64,000 bases of DNA from a virus. Location of the stretch: the IMG/VR virus record IMGVR_UViG_3300044639_001144; one strand, given 5' to 3'. A program made the translations under genes and the position numbers. Every line of letters starts with the position of its first letter. Positions within the stretch are counted from its first letter, which is position 1. Below, piece by piece: positions 19,086 to 27,847 of this stretch. The notes beneath the pieces are model-generated. The model made no database searches and was not told the DNA's origin. It saw only the letters and a list, made by a program, of their open reading frames with translations.

Positions 19086-19912
19086 GCAAAAAAGTCTTCA
19101 AAAAGTTCTTCTCGAGTTTTATCACATCGCATACCCTTAATACCATTTTCGCTTAGACTAATAACACGCAGATTGGTATAATGTCCGATAATATATGGTG
19201 GTATGCAATCACGAAAACCCTGTTGTATTGAATAGATATGATCCAGGGCATTATGCGAACGATTTAATCTCGTAGGATTTATTTCATCAAAATGTGTCTT
19301 CCAACTTTCTTCAGTAAAACGCCATACTGCTTCATAATAGATCCGGCGATCTGATCTTTCTTCACGACGAGTGCAACCTCGATCTACAGCTTTCTGGTAG
19401 ATTTTTTCTTTCACTTCTTTAAGTTTACTGGGATTATCTACTCCGTATTTTTCAAGCCAGGTTTCTTTTGCTTTTACAGCATACGCCTTTGGATCTCTAT
19501 CGCGGTCTTCCCAGGGTTTATGATCACCTGATGTGAACCCAGTAGTAAAATTTTTGTTAGCTTCTTTCGATTTATCAGGATCTTTATTGCGCCAATGGCC
19601 AGTACCTTTAGTAGACTCACTTAACTTTTTTGCTACAATCTTTCTAGATGCTTTGACAGATGCGTATGTGAGATAACGATTATCAAACCAGTTGACTTCC
19701 TTTCCTGTTTCTGGACACTTGGGTATTTCCCAAATATCATTTAAAATGTGCCATACTCTCTGCTTAGGTTTAGCAGTATCTGGCAAGAAAGATGTTAACT
19801 CTAATGCCTCGCTCCATAAATCAGGATGTCGTAGGTATAGGTATTTAACAGCACGTTTCTTGTAGGTTGTATCAGTATCTATTATTTCTATTAATTGTTG
19901 TCTTAAGGTCAT
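19082..19912 (-). CDS. Putative free-standing HNH homing endonuclease
   Basis: KETWLEKYGVDNPSK segment typical of phage endonuclease-associated regions; C-terminal LDHIYSI...GHYTNLRVIS..EN..KG HNH-like core; own ATAAATA box 5 nt upstream. Confidence 0.7.
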   Translation of the reverse strand: MTLRQQLIEIIDTDTTYKKRAVKYLYLRHPDLWSEALELTSFLPDTAKPKQRVWHILNDIWEIPKCPETGKEVNWFDNRYLTYASVKASRKIVAKKLSESTKGTGHWRNKDPDKSKEANKNFTTGFTSGDHKPWEDRDRDPKAYAVKAKETWLEKYGVDNPSKLKEVKEKIYQKAVDRGCTRREERSDRRIYYEAVWRFTEESWKTHFDEINPTRLNRSHNALDHIYSIQQGFRDCIPPYIIGHYTNLRVISLSENGIKGMRCDKTREELFEDFFA

Positions 19913-19957
19913 AACATTATTTATGTTAGCCTATCATCCAAGTAATATTCTAACCAA

Positions 19958-20728
19958 TCATCCTATAATCCAGGTCAACGGAGCCGAACCATCTACATAA
20001 TCTGTTAGGTCTTTAAGACATTGTGCCATTAGTTCTTTGGCATCGGCCTTCATTGCAGCACCATTTAGTGTGGTTCCGCCTTGCGGGCCGGCAATAGTAC
20101 CAAATTTTTCTCGTGCGTCGCCAATAATCATCTTACAATTGGCGTACATATAATTACGTATCCATTGGCGAATTTGATAATCACTGAGTAAATTTACTTC
20201 AGGTTTTAAGTTATAAGTCCATAACAATACATTCTCGCCCGACCCCTTGGGATCGCGTATTAATTGGAGTTTTTTGGTAACTGGATTCCAAGTATAATTC
20301 ATATACGCACCAAACATGCGTCCAGCTAACTCAATATATTGAGAGTAAAAATCATATGTAGCTAACCCACCAGATACGTTAAAGTTCATCAAATATACAT
20401 TTAACGAAGCTTGACTAAATGGGTCAAAATTGCTGGCATTCGGGCCGGATGAATCACCAAAAGTTCTACGGAAAATCTGTCTTACTTGTATAACTTCGTC
20501 TGGCAAATCATAGATGTTTACGTTAGTAACCAGTTCCATAAACGTATAACTTTCTTCATAGGCATTTTGTGCTCGTTGACGATAAGTTCCGATACTGTTG
20601 CGATATGCCGACTCATAATGACTAGCATCCAGCTCTATATCGATGATATCATCGCCTAATTGAAGCCTAACGTATTCGATTAGATCTTGTTTAAGTGTTT
20701 CTAAAGTAGATTGTGATTGCTCTGCCAT
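19958..20728 (-). CDS. Neck protein (T4 gp13-like)
   Basis: LIEYVRLQLG..IIDIEL; WIRNY..A.CK.IIG..R.KF....GPQGGTTLNG. Confidence 0.88.
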   Translation of the reverse strand: MAEQSQSTLETLKQDLIEYVRLQLGDDIIDIELDASHYESAYRNSIGTYRQRAQNAYEESYTFMELVTNVNIYDLPDEVIQVRQIFRRTFGDSSGPNASNFDPFSQASLNVYLMNFNVSGGLATYDFYSQYIELAGRMFGAYMNYTWNPVTKKLQLIRDPKGSGENVLLWTYNLKPEVNLLSDYQIRQWIRNYMYANCKMIIGDAREKFGTIAGPQGGTTLNGAAMKADAKELMAQCLKDLTDYVDGSAPLTWIIG

Positions 20729-20758
20729 ATGGACTCCGTGTCCATATATTTAGCAGAT

Positions 20759-21904
20759 TTACCAAGCCTTCAAGATAACCAAGTTGTCATTGCTACGCCC
20801 TGTATATTTAATTTCAGTAGATTTAATATCCTTAAACGCCTTACGAGCAGCAGGTTTACCCACACTCATAATAGCTTTAATCTGCTCTTTAGGTTTGCGT
20901 AGAGTTTTTTGTACAGTTGCTAGAGCATCAAATGCCAACAATGATGAACCTTTAATAGTAAATGTACCTGCATGTGTATCTGCTACCACATAAATTAGCT
21001 TACGTTTAGTTGTGTCATAAAGGAAAGCTTCAGAAGCACCTACTAAACTTACAGGGGACAAAGATTTAAGCCCAAGTTCAACAAATTCTTTAAGATATTT
21101 AAACTTTAACGCTACTTTTTCAGGACTAACTGCCTTTTTAGCGCGGGGTTTACGTTCTACTTTCTTAAGTGAAATGTAAGATTGGCAGTCTGCCAGCACA
21201 GTTTCACAAAATTTCACACAGCTTTTCAACTGAGGTTTAGTAAGATGGCTAAAGCCTTCTACAAGTTGTGGATCTTTTCCCTCTAATACTTCTTCAAGTT
21301 CTGCTAGTCGCAACTTCCATACAGCAGTAATATTAGGAATCATTTGTGTAGAAATATTCATGCCACGAATTAGCGCAATAGGCTTGAAATTCGCTGACAT
21401 TTTGGCATCAGCTTGGATAAAATCATCATACATGCCTTCAAGTTCAGCGGCACATTCACTTGCTTTTTCACGTAAATGATCTTGAATAGTTAGCTTTTGT
21501 TGAGCTGTTTCTTCAGAGGTAGCTGCAACTTTTTGTTCTTCTTGCTTGCTAGCCAATAATTCAGTTAAGTGATCATCTAGTACAGATTGTTCAATTTCTG
21601 TGAGAATTAATCCCATAACTGACATTCTACAAATCCATCCTGTAGTGGGTTTAACGCGGTTATCTGAAATACCTCGGATTAGCTTTGCTTCTTTAGCTTT
21701 TTGATTTATTTCAAAATATTGAATAATCATATCCCTAGCTTCTTTACGGCCATAAGAATAATTATACCAATTGAATGCTTTTGTTAATGTGCTAACACGA
21801 GTTTCGTCGGAAGGTTGTGTAGGCCATTCGGGTTCTGAGCCAATAAATTTAGCATCTTCGCCGCGTGGGACAAGTCGTTTGATTGTAGTTTGTATTTTTG
21901 CCAT
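20759..21904 (-). CDS. Hypothetical early protein (381 aa, Lys-rich)
   Basis: Long ORF with its own sigma70-type promoter; no assignable motif. Confidence 0.75.
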   Translation of the reverse strand: MAKIQTTIKRLVPRGEDAKFIGSEPEWPTQPSDETRVSTLTKAFNWYNYSYGRKEARDMIIQYFEINQKAKEAKLIRGISDNRVKPTTGWICRMSVMGLILTEIEQSVLDDHLTELLASKQEEQKVAATSEETAQQKLTIQDHLREKASECAAELEGMYDDFIQADAKMSANFKPIALIRGMNISTQMIPNITAVWKLRLAELEEVLEGKDPQLVEGFSHLTKPQLKSCVKFCETVLADCQSYISLKKVERKPRAKKAVSPEKVALKFKYLKEFVELGLKSLSPVSLVGASEAFLYDTTKRKLIYVVADTHAGTFTIKGSSLLAFDALATVQKTLRKPKEQIKAIMSVGKPAARKAFKDIKSTEIKYTGRSNDNLVILKAW

Positions 21905-21913
21905 AGTGTTAAT

Positions 21914-21942
21914 AGTATAGTGGTTAAATTAAAAAAAGTCAA
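21914..21942 (-). promoter_or_regulatory. sigma70-type promoter
   Basis: TTGACT-17 nt-TATACT, 9 nt upstream of the ATG at 21904. Confidence 0.75.
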
Positions 21943-22190
21943 CCTAACAGCATCGCAAAAATTATTTGATGCTCTAGGTTGTCTAACAATTTAGTAGCTT
22001 CAACTAATAAATCCTTGTATTTTGTTGTTTCTTTTTTAAGACGTCTGCATTCTACAGATTCTCTGCTAATTTCGGTAATTACTTTATCGATATTACTGAT
22101 CATTTTTTGAAGATCACGCTGATTACGTTTCTTTTTGACAAGAAGCAGTTGTTTTTCTGCGGCCGACAAACGTTCTAAAATTTCATCCAT
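21939..22190 (-). CDS. Small coiled-coil hypothetical protein (83 aa)
   Basis: ATG is 6 nt after a perfect -10 box; helical and charged. Confidence 0.7.
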   Translation of the reverse strand: MDEILERLSAAEKQLLLVKKKRNQRDLQKMISNIDKVITEISRESVECRRLKKETTKYKDLLVEATKLLDNLEHQIIFAMLLG

Positions 22191-22196
22191 ATAGTA

Positions 22197-22225
22197 ATTA
22201 TATGTATTTTGTAATTAACTGTCAA
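22197..22225 (-). promoter_or_regulatory. Perfect consensus sigma70 promoter
   Basis: TTGACA-17 nt-TATAAT. Confidence 0.88.
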
Positions 22226-22236
22226 GTGAATCTTAG

Positions 22237-22243
22237 CTAAATA
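22237..22243 (+). promoter_or_regulatory. Late promoter (CTAAATA) for the neck/terminator operon
   Basis: 7 nt upstream of the ATG at 22251; no SD. Confidence 0.6.
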
Positions 22244-22250
22244 CTAAACT

Positions 22251-23603
22251 ATGCCAAGACTCAGCCTTTATAGACCTAACCGAACTTCAGATTACCAATA
22301 CCTGGATCGTATCATTTCCGAACGATATACCGTCGGAGGGCTTGATCTTTATGTACACAAATACATGGGACCGATTGTAGATACTACTGACAATCCTGGA
22401 AATACTGATGCTACTTTACCAGTATATACTTCGGAAAATCCCTTGTTTATCGAAGATTTATTGCTGTTAGAAAACAGAGACAGAGCGTATGACCCTAACA
22501 TTTACGTTATGCGTGGTGTATATACGCATCAGGATATCAATTTTGACCTAACGCAATTTGGGTTGTTTTTAAACAACGATACGTTATATATTACATTTCA
22601 TTACAATGATATGATTGATAGTTTTGGGCGTAAATTAATGACTGGCGATGTATTAGAATTGCCAAATATGAAAGATTACTATCCACTAAATCAAAATATT
22701 ACTCGTGCTTTGCCTAAGTATTATGTTATACAAGATGCTGCTTATGCCGCCGAAGGGTTCAGTCAAACTTGGTTGCCTCACGTTTGGCGTGTTAAAGCTA
22801 CTCCCATGGTGAATGCCCAAGAATATCAACAAATCATTAATCAACCACTAATGCCAGACAATATTTGGGATAATGGAAACTTTTATCCTCAGGGAATGGT
22901 TGTAGATAATGGTGGAAAATATTACGAAGCAACAAAAAATACACCGCCTGGTACTGATATCAACGACTCAACCTACTGGGCATTGATTGAAAAACCAACT
23001 ACGATGGGCGATGTTAATTCAACTAGAAACAAAGATTTAGCTATTAATGATGCCTTAGTTATACAGGCAAACATCGAAGTTCCACAATCAGGTTATGATA
23101 ACGTGTCGTTTTATATATTACCAACTACTCCCAATGGTCAACCAGGTGGAGAAGGATTATTTGCTGATCAAACTGCTCTCACGGTAGACGGTGCTCAGTC
23201 AGACGAGGGTACTAGTCCACAGGATTTCGGATGGACAATGGGATACTTAACCGGCGATGATATGGCGCCAAATGGATTGCCAGTTACTCCAGGAGTTAGC
23301 TTTCCGTTTAATCCTAGTAAAGGAGATTATTGTTTACGGTTGGATTATTTCCCAAATCGTTTATTCAGATTCAGCGGAGCAAATTGGCTAGCCATCAGTG
23401 AAGATGTTCGTACTCCTTTAGATTGGGGTCCACAGAATGAAACACAACGTAGTTCTTTTGTCAACAACACTTATACTGTGCCAACATCAGACCAAGGCAA
23501 CATTCCGTCTAGACAATCACTATCAGAATTACTTAAACCGCAAGCTGACAATGGCAATCAGGGCGGTAATTTGCCAGCTAAACCAAGACCTAAAGGGCGA
23601 TAA
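22251..23603 (+). CDS. Neck protein (T4 gp14-like) with an inserted carbohydrate-binding-like module
   Basis: Sits between the gp13-like and gp15-like genes; FDLTQFGLFL..D.LYITFH...GRKLMTGDVLELP resembles the gp14 core. Confidence 0.7.
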   Translation: MPRLSLYRPNRTSDYQYLDRIISERYTVGGLDLYVHKYMGPIVDTTDNPGNTDATLPVYTSENPLFIEDLLLLENRDRAYDPNIYVMRGVYTHQDINFDLTQFGLFLNNDTLYITFHYNDMIDSFGRKLMTGDVLELPNMKDYYPLNQNITRALPKYYVIQDAAYAAEGFSQTWLPHVWRVKATPMVNAQEYQQIINQPLMPDNIWDNGNFYPQGMVVDNGGKYYEATKNTPPGTDINDSTYWALIEKPTTMGDVNSTRNKDLAINDALVIQANIEVPQSGYDNVSFYILPTTPNGQPGGEGLFADQTALTVDGAQSDEGTSPQDFGWTMGYLTGDDMAPNGLPVTPGVSFPFNPSKGDYCLRLDYFPNRLFRFSGANWLAISEDVRTPLDWGPQNETQRSSFVNNTYTVPTSDQGNIPSRQSLSELLKPQADNGNQGGNLPAKPRPKGR

Positions 23604-25003
23604 TGCAACAATATTTTTTCGATGGGCAAATACGTCGTTATCTAACACAATTTGCTCGTATGTTTTCAGGCTTCCAAGTAGAGTTTGGACGTAATGAAGC
23701 AGGTGCAGCAAACACAGGAGATACATTATATCGTGTTCCCGTTAGATACGGTGACAGCACACGACAAGTTCAAACTATTCTCCAGGATAACAGCGCCAGT
23801 AACATGCCATCCACACCTTTAATGACATTTTATATTACTGGACTAGATTTTGATCGTCCTCGTATGCAGAATCCAACATATGTTGATAATAAATCTATAC
23901 GTCAACGCGAATATGATCAAGCCACTGGCACTTATGAAACTACACAAGGCAACGCATTTACTGTTGAGCGATACATGCCAGCACCGTACAAATTGTCAAT
24001 TAATTTAGACATTTGGACCAGCAATACCAATCAAAAAATGCAATTGTTAGAACAAATTTTACCACTATTCAATCCCAGTTTAGAAATACAAAGTACAGAT
24101 AATTTTTTAGATTGGACTAGTTTAAGTATAGTAGAACTAGCATCCACTGGATGGTCAAGCAGAAGTATTCCCCAGGGTACAGAAGATCCTATTGATATTT
24201 CTACCATTAAATTTGTGTTACCAGTATGGTTATCATTACCTGCTAAAGTTAAAAAATTAGGAGTTGTAGAAACCATTATTGCTTCAATTTATGATGGATC
24301 TGGTGATTTAATTAACGCCATTGCCGATAGTGATTTATTGTTAGGTACACGACAATACATTACTCCGTATGGATATCAAGTGGTATTAATTGGTAATAAA
24401 TTACAAATTTTAGCCCGTTCTGCAATAGTCGACGAAAATAATGAACAACTAGCACCTCCTGACCCAGTTGAACCTAGCAATGTACTATGGACACCGGTTG
24501 TTAATATGTATGGTGTACTACGTCCTGGGATCAGTATAGTAGCATTGACCCAAGAAGATGGTAGTCAAGTGTATGGGCACGTAAGTTTTGATCCCACAAA
24601 TGATCAATTTTTACTATTTGCAGTAATGCCAGAATCTATTCCTGCTAATACAATGTCGCCTGTAAGTTCAGTTATCAATCCTCGAGTCAGTGGACCAGGA
24701 GAGGGATTGCCCGCTGCTAGTATTGGTCAAAGATATTTGTTGACTGAATCTACCGGCAGCGATAATGGATATGCTCAAGCATGGGCAGGCACTACAGGTG
24801 AAATATTAGTAGCGTATCCTAATGATATTATACAATATGATGGATCACGCTGGGTAATTACTTTTGATTCGCAATCAAGTCCAGTAAATACACAATATGT
24901 TACTAACATCACAACAGAAATTCAATATCGCTGGACAGGATACAATTGGGTCAAGTCATACCAAGGGCAATATCCCGGAGGCCAATGGAGCCTTATAATT
25001 TAA
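23603..25003 (+). CDS. Tail terminator / sheath stabiliser (T4 gp15-like) with a C-terminal extension
   Basis: YFFDGQIRRY..QF.RMFS, RVPVRYG, PAPYKLSINLDIWT, QLLEQILPLFNP; TAATG coupling with the upstream gene. Confidence 0.9.
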   Translation: MQQYFFDGQIRRYLTQFARMFSGFQVEFGRNEAGAANTGDTLYRVPVRYGDSTRQVQTILQDNSASNMPSTPLMTFYITGLDFDRPRMQNPTYVDNKSIRQREYDQATGTYETTQGNAFTVERYMPAPYKLSINLDIWTSNTNQKMQLLEQILPLFNPSLEIQSTDNFLDWTSLSIVELASTGWSSRSIPQGTEDPIDISTIKFVLPVWLSLPAKVKKLGVVETIIASIYDGSGDLINAIADSDLLLGTRQYITPYGYQVVLIGNKLQILARSAIVDENNEQLAPPDPVEPSNVLWTPVVNMYGVLRPGISIVALTQEDGSQVYGHVSFDPTNDQFLLFAVMPESIPANTMSPVSSVINPRVSGPGEGLPAASIGQRYLLTESTGSDNGYAQAWAGTTGEILVAYPNDIIQYDGSRWVITFDSQSSPVNTQYVTNITTEIQYRWTGYNWVKSYQGQYPGGQWSLII

Positions 25004-25434
25004 AAACTGTTAACGCAGTTGGCATTTGGTTTTATAGTCAATCTACTAATCGCTATCTATATCTGCTAAGAAATGATGTTAAAAATCCTGACTCGTGGGG
25101 ATTAGCAGGTGGAAAAATAGAATCAGGCGAAAGTATCATGGCTGCTATGGTTCGTGAGTGCGAAGAAGAATTAGGCTCAATGCCTGATTATATCAAGCTA
25201 ATGCCTCTAGAAAAATTCACAAGTGCTGACAATGGATTTGTTTACAACACATTTTTTTGTATTGTAGCAGATGAATTTAAGCCTATTTTAAATGATGAAC
25301 ATTTAGGTTATGCTTGGATTGATTCTGGCACTTGGCCTAAACCGCTACACCCTGGACTATGGAGTACTGTAAATTTTGAAGCAGTACGCAGTAAGATAGC
25401 TATTATACAAACGCAACTTCAAACATCACAGTAA
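24985..25434 (+). CDS. NUDIX hydrolase
   Basis: Nudix box GGKIESGESIMAAMVRECEEELG; ATG 24985 chosen over the TTG at 24946. Confidence 0.9.
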   Translation: MEPYNLKTVNAVGIWFYSQSTNRYLYLLRNDVKNPDSWGLAGGKIESGESIMAAMVRECEEELGSMPDYIKLMPLEKFTSADNGFVYNTFFCIVADEFKPILNDEHLGYAWIDSGTWPKPLHPGLWSTVNFEAVRSKIAIIQTQLQTSQ

Positions 25435-26081
25435 GTTACAAAATCTCTATTGGTCAGGGTTTTTGTATTTGAACATGATAGCCATTCATCTGGCATATTA
25501 AATTCATTTCCTACCATAATAAACATAGTGCCAGCGTATGCCTTTATGACATCTGTAATTTGTTTAACCCAGTTATCATGTCCCGCTGTCATTTCTTTAC
25601 TGTAACCTATTAAATAAACTTCATTGTGTCCGTCAAATGCCGCGAGATAAATGGGCAATACTTCAGGGCACATATGTGGATGTTGAGGTATTAAATAAAA
25701 TTCACCAGGTTTCTTTGTACAATTTTTAGCAGTAGTATAGACAATATTATTTTCTGTATACTTACTTTCTACTAATGGAATTAGCTTATCATAATCAGTA
25801 TCTACAGTAAAATCTAATCTCATTTGTTTGGCTATTTCACTTGTGCCATACGTTTGAACTTTTAAACTTCCTAACAATCCACCACGATGTGTTGCCAGTA
25901 TGCGATAGTCAAATCTTGCTTGATCATTGCTGCTACCTATGGCAACAGCACGGCCTGATAAATGTTGATTTACGATGGGATTTGCTATCCATTCACGTTT
26001 TTCGTGTTTTCTACCACCAGAAAATTTAGTTTCTGTGATTACAAATTCGCCTGGATAATCTCGTCTGTATCTAGCTTCCAT
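25419..26081 (-). CDS. Putative MAF/DUF115 (sialyltransferase-like fold) glycosyltransferase-related protein
   Basis: RAVAIGSS...VQTYG and YLAAFDGHNEVYLIGY resemble motifs of this fold. Start MEARYRR at 26081 is adjacent to the upstream stop. Confidence 0.45.
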   Translation of the reverse strand: MEARYRRDYPGEFVITETKFSGGRKHEKREWIANPIVNQHLSGRAVAIGSSNDQARFDYRILATHRGGLLGSLKVQTYGTSEIAKQMRLDFTVDTDYDKLIPLVESKYTENNIVYTTAKNCTKKPGEFYLIPQHPHMCPEVLPIYLAAFDGHNEVYLIGYSKEMTAGHDNWVKQITDVIKAYAGTMFIMVGNEFNMPDEWLSCSNTKTLTNRDFVTYCDV

Positions 26082-26082
26082 A

Positions 26083-26463
26083 TTATTGAATATACTCAAC
26101 CCATGATAATGTTGCTTCATCCCAATAATATAAATTTCCATCAGTGGGATATGGAACTGGTGACGACCATATCCAAGTTGGTGCTGATATACTCCAGCTT
26201 GGATAAGGTTGCGGGGCATAAAATACATCATTTATGTCATCATATGTGTATCCTATGCCAGCATAATTTGCTCGTAGGGCTTTAGATTGGTCTGGTGCTG
26301 GCACTCTGGGATAAACATTTGGAATATAATAAATTCCACCTTCGGTATTATAACTGGTTTGCACCCAAAGTTCACCTGTTGATGAGTACGATGAAGATTG
26401 TTCTTCAGTAACTGACATTACTTCAGTTACTATGTTATTTTCTACTTTAGCGTAATATGGCAT
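26083..26463 (-). CDS. Fibre-associated small protein (partner of the Gly-rich fibre)
   Basis: MPYYAKVENNIV...WVQTSYNT..LRANYAGIGYTYD..FYAPQPYPSW..W.SPVPYP.DG..YYWDE; start moved to 26463. Confidence 0.75.
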   Translation of the reverse strand: MPYYAKVENNIVTEVMSVTEEQSSSYSSTGELWVQTSYNTEGGIYYIPNVYPRVPAPDQSKALRANYAGIGYTYDDINDVFYAPQPYPSWSISAPTWIWSSPVPYPTDGNLYYWDEATLSWVEYIQ

Positions 26464-26479
26464 TTTAATTTCCGTATCT

Positions 26480-27556
26480 TTATGCTGTGTAAACAGTATT
26501 AGCCGTAAATCCCAGCACAATAGCTGTGCCTGTGTTGGCGTATGTATAAGTTCCACTTACATTACCATTACCCGGATAATTAGCGATAGGAATAGATATA
26601 ACTACTACACCAGATCCGCCAGCACCGCCTGTGCCGTTGTTAGTTCCACCACCACCACCACCGGTGTTGACTGTGCCTGCTACTCCGGTATTTCCCCCGC
26701 CACCGTTACCGCCTGTGCTAGTTGTACTTGATCCAGCACCACCACCACCTGCTAACCAATAGTTGCCAGAAATTAATTGTCCCGCTGTTGAACCTGCTAT
26801 GCCATTAATTACACCAACTCCACCTGATGCTGTACTTGCTCCATTGGCACCTACACCCCCTGCCCCACCACCGCCGCAGAATACTGCACTGGAGTTTGAT
26901 CCACCATTAAAACCTTGGCCGGGAATTCCAGGACTTAATGCTCCAAACGAGGCATAGTTATTTTGACCACCTAACCCACCACCTGATCCTCCTACGTTTG
27001 CCCCTGGCCCAGCGCCGGATCCACCACCGCCTGATCCGCCAATTGCTGTGATTCGTGATAATGATCCTGATCCAAATGTACTATTTGATCCAGCTGTGCC
27101 AGCACCTGCTGATACACCACCTGCACCGCCTGCTCCTATGTTGGCAGTATAAGCAGTGCCTGGATTTAATGTGAATGCTGCAAAAGATACAACACCGCCT
27201 GCGCCACCACCACCACCTAAAAATGCCCCACCGCCACCGCCACCTGCTACTACAGCCACAGTTATATTATAAGCTACAGGACTACCTGCACTGGTATTGA
27301 CATTTGCCCAAGCTCCGTTGACATATACTTCCATTGCATTTGATGTGTTACTGTATCTGATCATGCCATTGGCGCCGGTCGGCCGCTGTGCTGTATTACC
27401 CACATTTACTGTGATTGCACCGGTACTGTTTGCTGTAATATTTTGACTGTTATTGATATGTAATGCTGCTAATCCATTGGTTTGAAATTGTAGATTACCA
27501 CTTGTATCTACTGTTTCAACTAACCCTGAACTGTTTGCGTTGATTATGACTGTCAT
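26480..27556 (-). CDS. Glycine-rich receptor-binding/adhesin protein
   Basis: N-terminal docking segment plus GNTAQRP module, then a VVAGGGGGG...GGSGVVVI glycine-rich domain. Confidence 0.8.
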   Translation of the reverse strand: MTVIINANSSGLVETVDTSGNLQFQTNGLAALHINNSQNITANSTGAITVNVGNTAQRPTGANGMIRYSNTSNAMEVYVNGAWANVNTSAGSPVAYNITVAVVAGGGGGGAFLGGGGGAGGVVSFAAFTLNPGTAYTANIGAGGAGGVSAGAGTAGSNSTFGSGSLSRITAIGGSGGGGSGAGPGANVGGSGGGLGGQNNYASFGALSPGIPGQGFNGGSNSSAVFCGGGGAGGVGANGASTASGGVGVINGIAGSTAGQLISGNYWLAGGGGAGSSTTSTGGNGGGGNTGVAGTVNTGGGGGGTNNGTGGAGGSGVVVISIPIANYPGNGNVSGTYTYANTGTAIVLGFTANTVYTA

Positions 27557-27831
27557 GCTATGTTAGCCCATGTTGAATTTATATATCCTTCAAGTCTAGC
27601 TGTAGTAGTATTGTATCTAATCATACCATTTGCTGCTGGACTAGGACGTTGTGCTGTATTACCAACTGGAACTGTAAATGCGCCAGTACCGTTGAATGTT
27701 ATGTTTTGACTGGTATTGATTGTTAATGCTGTGGTGCCATTTGTTTGAAGCGTGATATTACCAGTGGCATCTCCTGATTTGGTAAGAGTGCCTACTGTTG
27801 TGTCTGATTGTGCGTTTATACTTGATGCCAT
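27553..27831 (-). CDS. Minimal fibre adaptor (92 aa)
   Basis: Consists only of the two modules found at the N-terminus of 26480..27556. Confidence 0.75.
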   Translation of the reverse strand: MASSINAQSDTTVGTLTKSGDATGNITLQTNGTTALTINTSQNITFNGTGAFTVPVGNTAQRPSPAANGMIRYNTTTARLEGYINSTWANIA

Positions 27832-27847
27832 ATTTTATGATTCAGAA

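Noticed and set aside
25419-26556. ORF-track starts at 26231 and 26556 (also 17682, 16634, 54765 and 24946)
   Set aside because: The extensions overlap neighbouring genes or promoter boxes; downstream ATGs fit coupling or promoter spacing better.
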